Below are positions 10,183-20,935 of a stretch of 64,000 bases of DNA, piece after piece. The DNA lies in IMG/VR virus record IMGVR_UViG_3300045988_160236, positions 95,578 through 159,577 of that record. One strand, 5' to 3'. The DNA is from a virus. Under the pieces are notes generated by a model. It was not told where the DNA came from and made no database searches. It worked only from the letters and a program-made list of their open reading frames with translations. Position numbers and translations under genes: made by a program. Numbering within the stretch: the stretch's first letter is position 1; each line of letters begins with the position of its first letter.

Positions 10183-10635
10183 TTACTTACAATATATACT
10201 TAGATTCTTAAATAGCTTTGAGATCTGTTTATCGAGCCCTTTAGCTTTAGAACTTTTAAATTTGTTTACACAATCATAAATATAATAGATAATTGATTCC
10301 TTACTTTTTGCCAAAATTAAAGAGGAAAGTTCTTCATCAGCAGTAGTCTCTTTAATTGGGTATACAATCGTTTTCATTAGATTAGAATCTAATAGCATCT
10401 TATCTATTAAACCCTGATTACATTTAGGAGCAATAGAGGGATTTACGCTCCAATCTAGATCTTCTTCTAGATAGTCAAACAATACTGAATTATTAATTAT
10501 AATAAATTCATTTAAATCAGCAATAATTGTAACCAAAGGTGGTTCCTTAAAAGATTTTAAGTAAAATAAAACTTGAATAAAAACCTTAACTAAGCTAACT
10601 CTATTATTAAAGTTTTCATTATATTTGAATTCCAC
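10183..10635 (-). CDS. hypothetical protein (150 aa)
   Basis: ORF track. Confidence 0.35.
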   Translation of the reverse strand: MEFKYNENFNNRVSLVKVFIQVLFYLKSFKEPPLVTIIADLNEFIIINNSVLFDYLEEDLDWSVNPSIAPKCNQGLIDKMLLDSNLMKTIVYPIKETTADEELSSLILAKSKESIIYYIYDCVNKFKSSKAKGLDKQISKLFKNLSIYCK

Positions 10636-10879
10636 TAAAACAGGGATCCCCCCCCCAAATAGAAGTATGAATCACAGTTATTTTTCTGTTCAGGAGTAAT
10701 TCCAAACTGTGACTTGAATAAATTATTGTAAACGATAGCTACATCTGATTCTACCTTACAACTTTGTAAATCTGTATATAGTGACATAATATTAAAAATA
10801 AGCCTCAAATTTCGATTATAATTTTAATTGGAACTACCTCTTCAAAATAATAATTTAATCAAAATTTGAGGCATGAAAA

Positions 10880-11296
10880 TTACGAATTTATGTGTTCTAA
10901 GATAATCGAAGACTCAACTTTTTCTCCAAATTCTTCCATACAAGCATCTTGAAAAGCTTTAAAGTTTTTCTTGTCTTTTGTAATAGAAAGCCTATTAAGG
11001 TATTGTAGAACGACATTCTTAGGAACACTTACAGGAAGGAAGGGATGAAGAATAACCATCTCTCGATTTTCAGCTTCAAAGAGTTCCAGGTTCTTATCCT
11101 TGTAAATCTCACAAGTTTCCTTTCGTTTATTAAACATCTTTTTAATAATCTCAGTATCAGTTTCTCCAGATTTCTCCTTCATATAAACATACTCAGATTT
11201 GATGTTTCTAAATGCAATAAGCATTTTGTGATTTTGTTCTTTCATATACTTTTCAATATTTGAATTTACAAAATCAATAAAAGAAATGTTATTCAT
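10880..11296 (-). CDS. hypothetical protein (138 aa)
   Basis: ORF track. Confidence 0.35.
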   Translation of the reverse strand: MNNISFIDFVNSNIEKYMKEQNHKMLIAFRNIKSEYVYMKEKSGETDTEIIKKMFNKRKETCEIYKDKNLELFEAENREMVILHPFLPVSVPKNVVLQYLNRLSITKDKKNFKAFQDACMEEFGEKVESSIILEHINS

Positions 11297-11861
11297 CGAT
11301 TATTTTAAATAATTTTTCAATAATTTTATCTACTTTAAGCATAGCTTCATCATATGCTTCTTTAGCTACTTTCTTCCCATTTATATAATATTCAGGAAGT
11401 TTTTGACATACATCTTTAACAACTTTCTCATCCTTTGTTGCTTCAGATAGTTTCTCCAGTATATCAGACTCTATAACATTTCCTGTCTTTGAATTAACAA
11501 CTTGCCCAGAACCCGATTGACGTAGATAATCTCCAGATTCAATTTTTTCTCTAATAAATTTTTCTTGAGGATTTTCTTCAAGATCTTTTATATCAGGGCG
11601 AATAATTACTTTCTTTTCTGGATATTGTTCACTGAGATATTCAATAAACTCCTTTATAGAACATGTAGGATGCTCTGCATATCTCTGAATCTCTAAAGCC
11701 TTATTCAATCCAACAGAATCAATTACTGCTTGAGTATATAAATTAGACAGAACTTTATGTGCTGCTAATTTAGAAATATCTATACCTGCCTCTTTTAATT
11801 CATTAAGTTCTTTGTAATAATCAATTAGTTGATTAATAGTGTTTTCAATATTTTTATTCAT
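11289..11861 (-). CDS. hypothetical protein (190 aa)
   Basis: ORF track. Confidence 0.35.
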   Translation of the reverse strand: MNKNIENTINQLIDYYKELNELKEAGIDISKLAAHKVLSNLYTQAVIDSVGLNKALEIQRYAEHPTCSIKEFIEYLSEQYPEKKVIIRPDIKDLEENPQEKFIREKIESGDYLRQSGSGQVVNSKTGNVIESDILEKLSEATKDEKVVKDVCQKLPEYYINGKKVAKEAYDEAMLKVDKIIEKLFKIIDE

Positions 11862-13020
11862 AGTTTCGAACTGCTTTAAATACAGGAAGATTTGGCACTG
11901 GTGTATTTGTTTTAGTCATACCAAAATGCTTCACTGTTCCCATTTGACCTTTTAATTCTTCAATATGATCACGATACCATTGTTTCAAAGTTCTATCCCC
12001 CATAGGTTTTGCTTTGAACTGATATCCTTCTTTAGTTTCCATTAAGAAACATAAATCCTCATCTCTAAGGCCATCTACCAGATCTAGAATTTTATATTCA
12101 TGATCTTCAAACATTTTAAGTTTGATCATACGATTGTCTCGTGTTCCAAACTTATATTCTTTATCAGGATTTCTAATTACTAAACCTTCTCAACCATCAT
12201 TAACATATTGATCATGAAGAGCTTTCATATTTAACCATCCAGATACTTTTACATGTTTAACCATTACAATTTTGTCAGAATCAGAAACAGCTTTCTCAAA
12301 ATCCTCTAAAATCTTTAATCTATCCTTAAATTTTACATCAGGGATAGCTAAATCGTAAACATAATACTTTAATTGCTTGTGCTTATCATCTAAGGTTTGA
12401 AGTCTAACAATACCAGAAATATATGATAAGGGCAGTCCATGCACATATAATTCTCCATCTAATCATATATTTGGATTCTCTTTAAGTCACTTCATCACTT
12501 TTGGATCCTTCCTAATATAGTTAGCTGCGACATCATAGTTATTTCCTCCCCTTGAAGAAGTCACAACTTCAGAACCATTCCAATGCATAAGGCATCGTGT
12601 TCCGTCTATTTTTGTTGAGCCATAAAATTCATGCTCAAATGTTGAGGTGGCCACACCATCAAAGCTTTTAGCCAACATTGGTTTGGGAGCACCAGATTGG
12701 TCTGTGGTTATATCTCCAAGTAGTTTTCCTGGATCATCTATATCATCCAGTGATTCGATTTTAAAATCTCGAATATTTTTATATCCTTTATCAAGATATT
12801 TTTTAACATTACTGTTATATTCCAACTTAACTTGTTCTGCAGCTGTACGCTGTGCCTTTCCTCTTTTAACTTCAATAATAGGCTGATTAGTTACTTTGCC
12901 TCCTCATTGAGATGTTTTCCTAATAATTAGAAAGCTATGAGTTGTATCATTTCATTCGTAAGAAATATCAACAACTCTAACCTTTCCTCTAGAATCTCTA
13001 GAAATTAATATATCATGCAT
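11854..13020 (-). CDS. ATP-dependent DNA ligase; four in-frame TGA codons (12190, 12487, and two between 12826 and 13020)
   Basis: Motif I 'STKIDGTRC' (KxDGxR); after the TGA at 12190, motif IV 'EGLVIRNP' and motif V 'YKFGTRDNRMIKLK'. Fragments 13020-12826, 12825-12487, 12444-12190 and 12129-11854 are all in one frame. Confidence 0.75.
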
Positions 13021-14469
13021 TTAAATAAGCATACTAATATTATTACGAGTTCTGGATAAAGCTACATATTGTAGCTGCCTTAACTCTTCTTTATTTTTAC
13101 AGGTAAATAAATTACCCATATCTATTAATATGTTATCATAATTTGAACCCTGAGATTTATGGACAGATAAACAGTAACCATAGTCAAGAGTTTTCTTTCT
13201 TACGGTTCTATTTCCATAGACTAAATCAACAGGGGTAGTAAAAGATTCCATAACTCGAAAATACTCTTTCCATAATTTTGATGCTGCTATTTTTGAACGC
13301 GCTTGAATTGCATCTAAACGCATTAGTTCTATATATGCAGCTAAAGCAGTTAAGTCTTTCTCATTAGTATCTCTTGAAATAATAAATATTTCATCCTCTG
13401 AATATTCTGTGTTAATTGGACGAAGGGTTAAGTAATATCCTTTATATGTAATGTATCCTAATTGACAATGTCCAGGAACTATATTCGTCACGATGTATTC
13501 TGCAGAGTTTATAATCTCAAATTCCATAGATTTGAATACTCGTTTATCTTTGTAACTACAAGTATCATAACCCATTAAAATTTCTCCAACATTATATTCA
13601 GATTCATTCTGAAATATAGCATCTCGAAGAATATGATTAAAAGCTTCTACTCGCTTATTTGTGTAAGCAAGTAATTTCACAATCCCTGGATTACCTAAAT
13701 CTACTGATTTTTTAAATAGATGTGAGGCAGAAGACACAAACTTTCTCCAATGATGGAATATTACAAGATTACCTTCAGGAGAACGAATTTCATAAAATTG
13801 TTTAATTGAATGATCTCTAAGTGTGTTTAAAATATCCAATAGAGGATTATTTTCCTGCTGTCTATAAACTTTACTTAAATAATATTGATGATTGCATTGA
13901 AAAGGTTTAGATAGTTCCTTTTCTTTAACTGGGTATAGTTGTTTATCATCTCCAGTATAAATTACTTTACATTGCTTAATCTTAGCTCTCTCTTTGATAA
14001 ACTCATATAAATCGGAGTTAATCATAGAACACTCATCAATAATTAAAACCCCATTCAATGGAATGCCTGAAGAGATTGAATCAGCATTCCATTGAAGGTC
14101 TTTAAAGTCAAGATTAATTATATCAATAGTAGGTTTTAAAGTTAGAAGTTTATGAAGTGTTACAACGTCACGTTCTGTATAATTATGAAGTACTCCGCAA
14201 GCTTTATTTGTTGGAGTTGCTAAAATGTAAGGAATACATTGCTTCTCAAGGTATAGAACGATTAATTTGGTTATAGCAGATTTTCCACTTCCTCCAGGGC
14301 CAGAAAGAACTAACTCATCAAACCCTTTCTTATGTAAGAAGGCGAAGATTGAAACTAGTACATCTACTTGTTCATCTCCAAGTTCAAAATTAAGAAATTT
14401 ATCTTGTAAATTATAGATAGTTTGCACTAAATCGTCTCGTAGAGTTTGTGTTATTTCTTCTGAGGTCAT
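13021..14469 (-). CDS. SF1 DNA helicase (Dda/RecD-like)
   Basis: Walker A 'LSGPGGSGKS'; motif VI-like 'CLSVHKSQGS'. Confidence 0.7.
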   Translation of the reverse strand: MTSEEITQTLRDDLVQTIYNLQDKFLNFELGDEQVDVLVSIFAFLHKKGFDELVLSGPGGSGKSAITKLIVLYLEKQCIPYILATPTNKACGVLHNYTERDVVTLHKLLTLKPTIDIINLDFKDLQWNADSISSGIPLNGVLIIDECSMINSDLYEFIKERAKIKQCKVIYTGDDKQLYPVKEKELSKPFQCNHQYYLSKVYRQQENNPLLDILNTLRDHSIKQFYEIRSPEGNLVIFHHWRKFVSSASHLFKKSVDLGNPGIVKLLAYTNKRVEAFNHILRDAIFQNESEYNVGEILMGYDTCSYKDKRVFKSMEFEIINSAEYIVTNIVPGHCQLGYITYKGYYLTLRPINTEYSEDEIFIISRDTNEKDLTALAAYIELMRLDAIQARSKIAASKLWKEYFRVMESFTTPVDLVYGNRTVRKKTLDYGYCLSVHKSQGSNYDNILIDMGNLFTCKNKEELRQLQYVALSRTRNNISMLI

Positions 14470-15008
14470 TATTTTCCTGTTGAACCAAACCCACCATCAC
14501 CTCTAACAGTCTCGGATAATTCCTGAACTTCTATAAAGGTAATAAATGGAATTGGCATAATTATAATTTGTCCTACCTTATCTCCGATGCCATAACAAGA
14601 GAAATCCGCTTTTATACGTTGTATAGGCGTATTACTATCTAGTTCTTCTTGTCATTGTACGTCAGTTACTACAAAATTTCTTTTGGGAGTAGGGTTAATA
14701 ATTCTCCGATAACGTAATTTGATTTCTCCTCTATAACCAGAGTCTATTACACCCACTGAATTACAAAGCTGTAAATCTTTTTTACTATTAGAACTTCTAG
14801 GAAAGATCAAACCAACATAGCCTTCAGGGATTTCAACAGCTAACCCAGTTCCATATTCGATATAGTACTCATTACTATAATCAACTGAAGTAGCAACTAA
14901 ATCCATTCCAGCATCCCCCACTTTAGCATATAGTGGAAGTACAGCCTCAGGAACTAATTTTTTTATATTTACTAGCATAAAAGAACTGCAATAAAGAATA
15001 ATATCCAT
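14469..15008 (-). CDS. dut: dUTP pyrophosphatase; in-frame TGA at 14652-14654
   Basis: Motif 'GVIDSGYRGEI'; the frame continues through the TGA to dUTPase motif V 'RGDGGFGSTGK', then a TAA overlapping the helicase ATG. Confidence 0.8.
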
Positions 15009-15169
15009 ACTGCAAGGCTCATTTTGGTTTTAGAACCATTCAGTCTGAAATCTTTTGCAGAATCTTCCAGCATCGTTGCCATTTTATTTCTGAGGTCATC
15101 ATTCCCTAACCCCATTGCACGTGAAAGAATTTCCAACCCTAAAAAGATAAGGATAATAATTTTTAACAT
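14972..15169 (-). CDS. small membrane protein (65 aa)
   Basis: Two hydrophobic segments; ORF track. Confidence 0.3.
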   Translation of the reverse strand: MLKIIILIFLGLEILSRAMGLGNDDLRNKMATMLEDSAKDFRLNGSKTKMSLAVWILFFIAVLLC

Positions 15170-15432
15170 TGTGTCTTATCATTAATTTGAACTACATATG
15201 ATATATCTAAATCATCTTGCAGTTTTCCATCATTAAACTTTAATAAGTTATCTCTTTCTTCTAAGTACCTCTCTAGTACTTCTTGTTCGTTCTCTGCTGT
15301 AATTACAAGATCTAATGATCCATAAACAGGAACGTGTAATGTATATTTAGGCATTCTTGTATAATGTACAATGACAATGTCCTGTATCACGATATTCTTT
15401 ACAAGGGCAGAGATTTTCGTCTTCTTTCCCAA
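15163..15432 (-). CDS. hypothetical protein (89 aa)
   Basis: ORF track. Confidence 0.3.
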   Translation of the reverse strand: MGKKTKISALVKNIVIQDIVIVHYTRMPKYTLHVPVYGSLDLVITAENEQEVLERYLEERDNLLKFNDGKLQDDLDISYVVQINDKTQC

Positions 15433-15697
15433 TTTTACATGGGCAATAGCCGCCTTTCTTTTTAAGCCCAGTGAGAATATTACCTATAACAGTTTTATCA
15501 TCAGTTAGTTTATCTAATAGAATAGTCATAGTATTTAATTCTCTATAGATAGATGAACATTCTGCTAAACCAAGTCCAGTTTCACTACGTAGTAATTTAA
15601 TAATTTGTACTCTAGTTAGCCCTTCAAACTTGCCATCATCTTTTAATTCTTTATACTTGGCAATACCTTGTTGTCTAAAGTACGGATCTATCCACAT
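15347..15697 (-). CDS. ferredoxin:thioredoxin reductase catalytic-subunit-like Cys-rich protein
   Basis: C-terminal 'CPCKIGKEDENLCPCKEYRDTGHCHC', the CPC…CPC…CHC spacing of the FTR catalytic chain; lies beside the RNR gene. Confidence 0.45.
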   Translation of the reverse strand: MWIDPYFRQQGIAKYKELKDDGKFEGLTRVQIIKLLRSETGLGLAECSSIYRELNTMTILLDKLTDDKTVIGNILTGLKKKGGYCPCKIGKEDENLCPCKEYRDTGHCHCTLYKNA

Positions 15698-17931
15698 TTA
15701 CTAAACCCACAATTTTTACATATAGTACATCCCCCTTCGTATATCAAATGCTCACCACAATCTGGGCAAACTTCATGTGAAGCAACTCCATCAACTATAA
15801 AAGTTTTAATAGCACGCTTTACACCATTCTTCCAAGTATTTAGAGTATCTGACTCAAAATGCATTCCATCAATAATCTTAACTACCTTATCTAATTCAAT
15901 ACCACCTCTTAATAAAGCAGATATTAATTTAGCGTAATTCCAGTATTCTTGATTAAAGATGCGAGACAATCCTCCTAAACGGTTAGTATACCCGTATTTA
16001 TCAGTATATTGAAAATCATATCGTTTGCCTAAAGAGTCTTTTACTTTAATAATTTCTCCCTCAGTGATTGAGGTGGGAATTGGAAAATCTTCTATATTGT
16101 TAATACCAGTAAAAATTTCATAAGGCCTTCCATCAATGAGACCTACAAATGCAATCCAATTCTCAAAACCATTCTTAAATCTAATTAGTTTAGCTTCAAC
16201 AGATTCAGGACGTTTTAGGCATTCTTTAATTACGGGATTCTTTGATAAGACTGCACCCCTTTTGCATCCAGAACGATAAACTGTAACACCCTTTAAACCT
16301 TCCTCCCAAGCTAATCTATAAATAGTTTCTACATCATCAACAGTAGCTGACTCTGGAAGATTTATAGTAGAAGAAATAGAAGCATCAATAAACTCCTGTA
16401 AAGTTGCTTGAACCTTAATTCTTTCTCTATATGGAATCTGTTCTGATGTAACCACATACTCGGGTAAAGCTTCTTCAGAAAATCCTTCATCAATAAGCTT
16501 CTTTATAATTGGAGTATATACTTTATAATACTTTTCCTCATTTACTAAAGATTCAGTCTTACGTGTATAAGAGGTTGCAAAAATTGGTTCACAACCTGTA
16601 GACACTCCTAGCATGGTTGCAATACTGCCAGTTGGAGCACAAGTAAGTAATTGAGAATTGCGTAAACCATACTTACATATAACATCGTGCAAACTTTGGA
16701 AACGCAAATCATTCATATCCCCAGAATCTAAATTCTTAAAGAAAGGAGTTTGTATAACACAATCGCGATTAAATTTAGGATATGGTCCATAGTTAGCAGC
16801 TAACATAGAAGAAGTTTCCAGAGCAGTCATGATTAATTCATGTCCAATTGACTCTAAAACGGATCTAGAAGTAGCACTACCGTATTTGACTCTTAATTTG
16901 ATAAGCATATCAGCCAAACCCATAACACCAAGACCAATTTGTCTCCACTCTGCTACGGAATCCCTTTGTTCTTGTAAAGGATGTAAAGGAAGACCCTCAT
17001 CAAGAACTTCATTCAAAGCAATAACTGCAACTCGAATAGTTTCTCTTAAGGAGATAAGATCAAGTTTTCTTTCTTTTGTAACAAATTCTGCAAGGTTTAT
17101 GCTTCCAAGAAGACAGCTCCCTCCAGCTGGCAGAGGTTCTTCAGCACAGGGATTTACTCCTGCATAAGAAAATTCTTTATTATTTGATAATAAGTTCCAG
17201 CTAGTTATTCTATCCCAAAACAATATACCAGGTTCAGCATAATCCCAGTTCATTTGAGCAAGCTTCCTAAAAATAGGATATGCTTCTACCTCTTTAGTAA
17301 TTGTTTCACCAGTATCAGTTACGAATTTCAATATTAAAGTTTCACCTTTAATAACTGCTTCCATAAATTTGTCACTAACTCTAACAGAGATATTAGCTTT
17401 TGTAACTTTATCTAAGTCAGACTTAATCTCAATAAACTCTTCAAGATCTGGATGATCGCAAGAAATAGAAATCATTAGTGCTCCCCTACGACCACTCTGA
17501 CCGATTAGTCCAGTAATATATGAATAGAAATCCATAAAGCTTACAGCCCCAGAAGTAGTTTTTGCAGCATTATTAACTTTTGCTCCAGAAGGTCTCAAAT
17601 TAGAAATATCAATTCCACAACCTCCCCCGTAGCTGAATGTTCTTGCTAACTTTGTCCCACACTCAAAAATAGATTCAAGATTATCTTCAGGAGGAGCAAC
17701 TACATAACAGTTTGAATATGTTATTTTTCTATTTTTATCAGATAACCCTCTATTAGCAAGGATTCTGCCTCCAAAAATAAATTTTTTAGCTCTAATCTGT
17801 TCTTCTACGATTTCATTACCTCCAGAAACTCTTTTGAACCAATCGTCTAGCGATTCATCTTCAAACCTATATTTATTCTTCCAGATAGTAATAGCTAATT
17901 CGTCATTATTTAACCATTGCTCAACTGTCAT
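15688..17931 (-). CDS. ribonucleotide reductase, class II (NrdJ-like, monomeric, C-terminal zinc ribbon)
   Basis: Active-site loop 'VNPCAEEPLP' (NPC[GA]E), 747 aa, C-terminal 'CPDCGEHLIYEGGCTICKNCGFSKCG'; no glycyl-radical motif. Confidence 0.6.
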   Translation of the reverse strand: MTVEQWLNNDELAITIWKNKYRFEDESLDDWFKRVSGGNEIVEEQIRAKKFIFGGRILANRGLSDKNRKITYSNCYVVAPPEDNLESIFECGTKLARTFSYGGGCGIDISNLRPSGAKVNNAAKTTSGAVSFMDFYSYITGLIGQSGRRGALMISISCDHPDLEEFIEIKSDLDKVTKANISVRVSDKFMEAVIKGETLILKFVTDTGETITKEVEAYPIFRKLAQMNWDYAEPGILFWDRITSWNLLSNNKEFSYAGVNPCAEEPLPAGGSCLLGSINLAEFVTKERKLDLISLRETIRVAVIALNEVLDEGLPLHPLQEQRDSVAEWRQIGLGVMGLADMLIKLRVKYGSATSRSVLESIGHELIMTALETSSMLAANYGPYPKFNRDCVIQTPFFKNLDSGDMNDLRFQSLHDVICKYGLRNSQLLTCAPTGSIATMLGVSTGCEPIFATSYTRKTESLVNEEKYYKVYTPIIKKLIDEGFSEEALPEYVVTSEQIPYRERIKVQATLQEFIDASISSTINLPESATVDDVETIYRLAWEEGLKGVTVYRSGCKRGAVLSKNPVIKECLKRPESVEAKLIRFKNGFENWIAFVGLIDGRPYEIFTGINNIEDFPIPTSITEGEIIKVKDSLGKRYDFQYTDKYGYTNRLGGLSRIFNQEYWNYAKLISALLRGGIELDKVVKIIDGMHFESDTLNTWKNGVKRAIKTFIVDGVASHEVCPDCGEHLIYEGGCTICKNCGFSKCG

Positions 17932-18338
17932 TACTTTAATTCTAATAATAAATTAATTAGCATAGTTTTCTCAAACTTATTGCAAATATCTTTTTTATCA
18001 TCTGCAATTAACTGTGCAAATGAATTATATGTATTAATTACAGATGAGTCCTTATCACCAATATAATAATCACTTGATGTATTTATATAAATGTTATTAT
18101 AAGCCTTAACAACATTTGTTGGAGACCATTTAACCTTTCCTCCAAAGTCATTTTGCCATACTGCAAACTGACATTTTTCAATCCAAGAACCTAGTCTTAC
18201 ATAACGATCATTTTCTTTAGTAGATAAAGTATCGTTTTTATATTTCTTGAGTTTAACTTCAAAGTCACTTGTAAAACTCATTAAGTTTTGAATTGGAAGT
18301 GTAAAGGTCTCTGCTGGTTTAATCTCATTAACTACCAA
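17931..18338 (-). CDS. hypothetical protein (135 aa)
   Basis: ORF track. Confidence 0.35.
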   Translation of the reverse strand: MVVNEIKPAETFTLPIQNLMSFTSDFEVKLKKYKNDTLSTKENDRYVRLGSWIEKCQFAVWQNDFGGKVKWSPTNVVKAYNNIYINTSSDYYIGDKDSSVINTYNSFAQLIADDKKDICNKFEKTMLINLLLELK

Positions 18339-18689
18339 TCAATTTGGATCAAATGCAATTATTGAATTAGTAGTATTATTAAACATTGCTTTATATACTT
18401 TATAAATAGGTCTTCTTATGTCTAAAGAATATGCCAAAGTATATATTTCATTATACTCATCTATTTGAGTAGGCATGATTGCCTGCACTAATACCCTGTT
18501 ATAGGTAATATCCTCTCCTTCTTTATCTGTAGTAACTTGAGAGGGAGGGATAGCTTCTATTCTATAAGTAGAAGTGAATTTACTCATTTCTTCAATAAAA
18601 GGCTTTACATAGTCTTCTGTTGAAAGAAAATCTTTTGAATTAATTCGTGTTGATTTGCCACTAAGCAGCTTGTCTAAGGTAACTTCCAT
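18339..18689 (-). CDS. hypothetical protein (116 aa)
   Basis: ORF track. Confidence 0.35.
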   Translation of the reverse strand: MEVTLDKLLSGKSTRINSKDFLSTEDYVKPFIEEMSKFTSTYRIEAIPPSQVTTDKEGEDITYNRVLVQAIMPTQIDEYNEIYTLAYSLDIRRPIYKVYKAMFNNTTNSIIAFDPN

Positions 18690-19222
18690 TAATCTTATGA
18701 CCTCTTATTTTGTTTATTAACTGAAAATCTGGAGTTCTAACATTTCTTAAACCTCTAGGGGATAATGTATAAGAATCCTTCAATGCAGCATCTATTAATA
18801 TTGATTCTAAATCAAAGGCAGACTGTTTGTCTAAGCATGTTGATGGAAAGGTCAATATATAACGATTTGGGTCTAATTTAAGATGGTCACTAAATAAGTC
18901 ATTTTTATGATTTAGTGGACGCTTACCTGTTTTTCCTCACCCTACTGGGTAGGGGCCCATTCCTATATACTTAATAGCATAGGGAAAGGATCATCCACAA
19001 AGGGTTGTATCATGTTTACATCATGAATCTAGTAATACATAAACACAATATTCTCCTCCTAAATGGAATTGATCAATAAAAGAGGAATTATCTCCTGGTC
19101 ATACTCCTAAGAATCCACAAGATGTGAATAATGGATGCTTGAATATATCTACTGTCATAAATCTTAAAAAATAAGCAGGATTGGAATTTAATCCAACCCT
19201 GCTTTCTCTAAATATAGTTTAA

Positions 19223-19765
19223 TTAAAAACCACTCTTTTCGTTACCAAAGACAATGTAACGACCCTTTTGTGCGGACTGCGAAGGTGCATAATCCAGCTC
19301 AAAAGCTGTTTCCTTACCGTCCTTAACATGATAGACAATAACTGCTACCATATCCTGCTTATAGGTAAGCATAAGTTTCTTAGCAAGCTTCTCAGCTTCA
19401 CCCTTGTTCTTAGCAGTACCAACTACTTCATCAGTTGCCTTCAGACGAATCTCAACAACACGCTCCATCTGACGTTTACCCTCATTGGTTACATTCTTGT
19501 ACTTGTAAGGACGCTCGCGAGTATCCTTTGATCCTGGGGTAATTGCAATTACCAGACCAACACCCTCTACGCCAGTCAGACGTTTCTTATCCAGCATGTC
19601 AATGCAGAATCCTTCAAATTCTTTACCTGAAACAGGCGAACCTGCATTCTTCCATGACTGTGATACATTCTGCGTTACTTTGAGACCATACTCACTCAGT
19701 GCAGTTGCTTTTGCTTCCTCAAGGCTATAAGCCGAAACTTCAAATTTCTTCATTTTAAAAAACAT
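19223..19765 (-). CDS. hypothetical protein (180 aa)
   Basis: ORF track; preceded by a 130-nt AT-rich intergenic region. Confidence 0.4.
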   Translation of the reverse strand: MFFKMKKFEVSAYSLEEAKATALSEYGLKVTQNVSQSWKNAGSPVSGKEFEGFCIDMLDKKRLTGVEGVGLVIAITPGSKDTRERPYKYKNVTNEGKRQMERVVEIRLKATDEVVGTAKNKGEAEKLAKKLMLTYKQDMVAVIVYHVKDGKETAFELDYAPSQSAQKGRYIVFGNEKSGF

Positions 19766-19897
19766 TAAAATTAAACATTAGTTCATATTATTCTTCCGAT
19801 TGTGATACAAAGATAATACTAAAATTATGAATCTGCAAATTCTCCATAAAATTTTAAGAAAATAAATTCTAAATTTACTCTTAAAAATATTTGCAGA

Positions 19898-20935
19898 TTA
19901 ACTAAATTTTATATTATCATCGAATCCTTCAATCTGGCAGACACCAACCATCTTCAATAGACGTTGGAATTCTTTTTTGCCAGCAGTAAGCTGACTTTTG
20001 GACACTCTAAATACTCCAGCTCTATTCTCACCTACTGTTTCTACAGCAATGATATTAGACGAAATATTCCAGGTTTTGTCCACGTTAAACTCCTTCTTAC
20101 ATAGATGAAACAACATCCACATATACATACCCATCTGACGGGCATAATGATAATGCACAAATGAACCATAATCTTGCATAAAAAATCCTATTGGTTTTCC
20201 AGTTGTCTTGAGATCATTCAAAACTAACTTTTTAGAATCCTCATCTATAGTCCAGTTGTCTGCTTTCATCTTTAACTTGAGAATTGTACTCTTCCCATTA
20301 TATTCACACTTGACATCCATAAAAATTGCATCTTCATTATAAGAAGCAATAGCATCACCAAATATATCAGTTGGACGTATAAGTTTCATTGCTCCTCTAT
20401 GGGAATTTAAAGAGTTTAGGCAGTTAACACAAACTTCTCTATCTTTACTGGATAATACAATCTTATCTGTATTTCCAGCAATCTTACTCTTTACATAGTA
20501 AGGAAATCCTTTAGAGATAATTTGTTTAACTCTATTAGCGGTTAAACTATTTGCATAGTAACCAATTTCATTGCAAGCTAAAACTATTGAGTCATATATA
20601 CCCTTTCCTTCAGCTCTTTGCTTCATTGCATGATCACATACATCACCAAGTTTAGCAGAAGGCCTTCCCAGATCCTCCTCTAATGAGAAGGATTCTGGTT
20701 GTAAAAAGACCTCATGAATAGCTGAACCTAACTGCAATGACCGTGTAGTTTCTTGTTGTATACCATTTTTATACTTCGAAGGACTACCATCTTGGTCAGG
20801 GTTGATGTATTTTAATCTAGAGTTAGAGATGTATTCTCTATACTTACTTGAAAAATACTCCTCGTCAGAAATCTTTAATCTCTGAACAGTGTGTAGTAAT
20901 GGAGTAAGTTTAACGTCGGCTAGTCTTACTTCCAT
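19898..20935 (-). CDS. hypothetical protein (about 345 aa; start moved to the internal Met 'MEVRLADVK')
   Basis: ORF 19898..21037; its first ~34 codons overlap the upstream ORF in another frame. Confidence 0.35.
   Translation of the reverse strand: MEVRLADVKLTPLLHTVQRLKISDEEYFSSKYREYISNSRLKYINPDQDGSPSKYKNGIQQETTRSLQLGSAIHEVFLQPESFSLEEDLGRPSAKLGDVCDHAMKQRAEGKGIYDSIVLACNEIGYYANSLTANRVKQIISKGFPYYVKSKIAGNTDKIVLSSKDREVCVNCLNSLNSHRGAMKLIRPTDIFGDAIASYNEDAIFMDVKCEYNGKSTILKLKMKADNWTIDEDSKKLVLNDLKTTGKPIGFFMQDYGSFVHYHYARQMGMYMWMLFHLCKKEFNVDKTWNISSNIIAVETVGENRAGVFRVSKSQLTAGKKEFQRLLKMVGVCQIEGFDDNIKFS

Noticed and set aside
14652-15008. Treating Trp versus Gly (code 25) as equally likely for TGA
   Set aside because: Gly cannot be formally excluded without alignments. 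However, the two RNase H TGAs sit on invariant Trp positions and the ligase TGA precedes EG where an aromatic is usual, so Trp is favoured.
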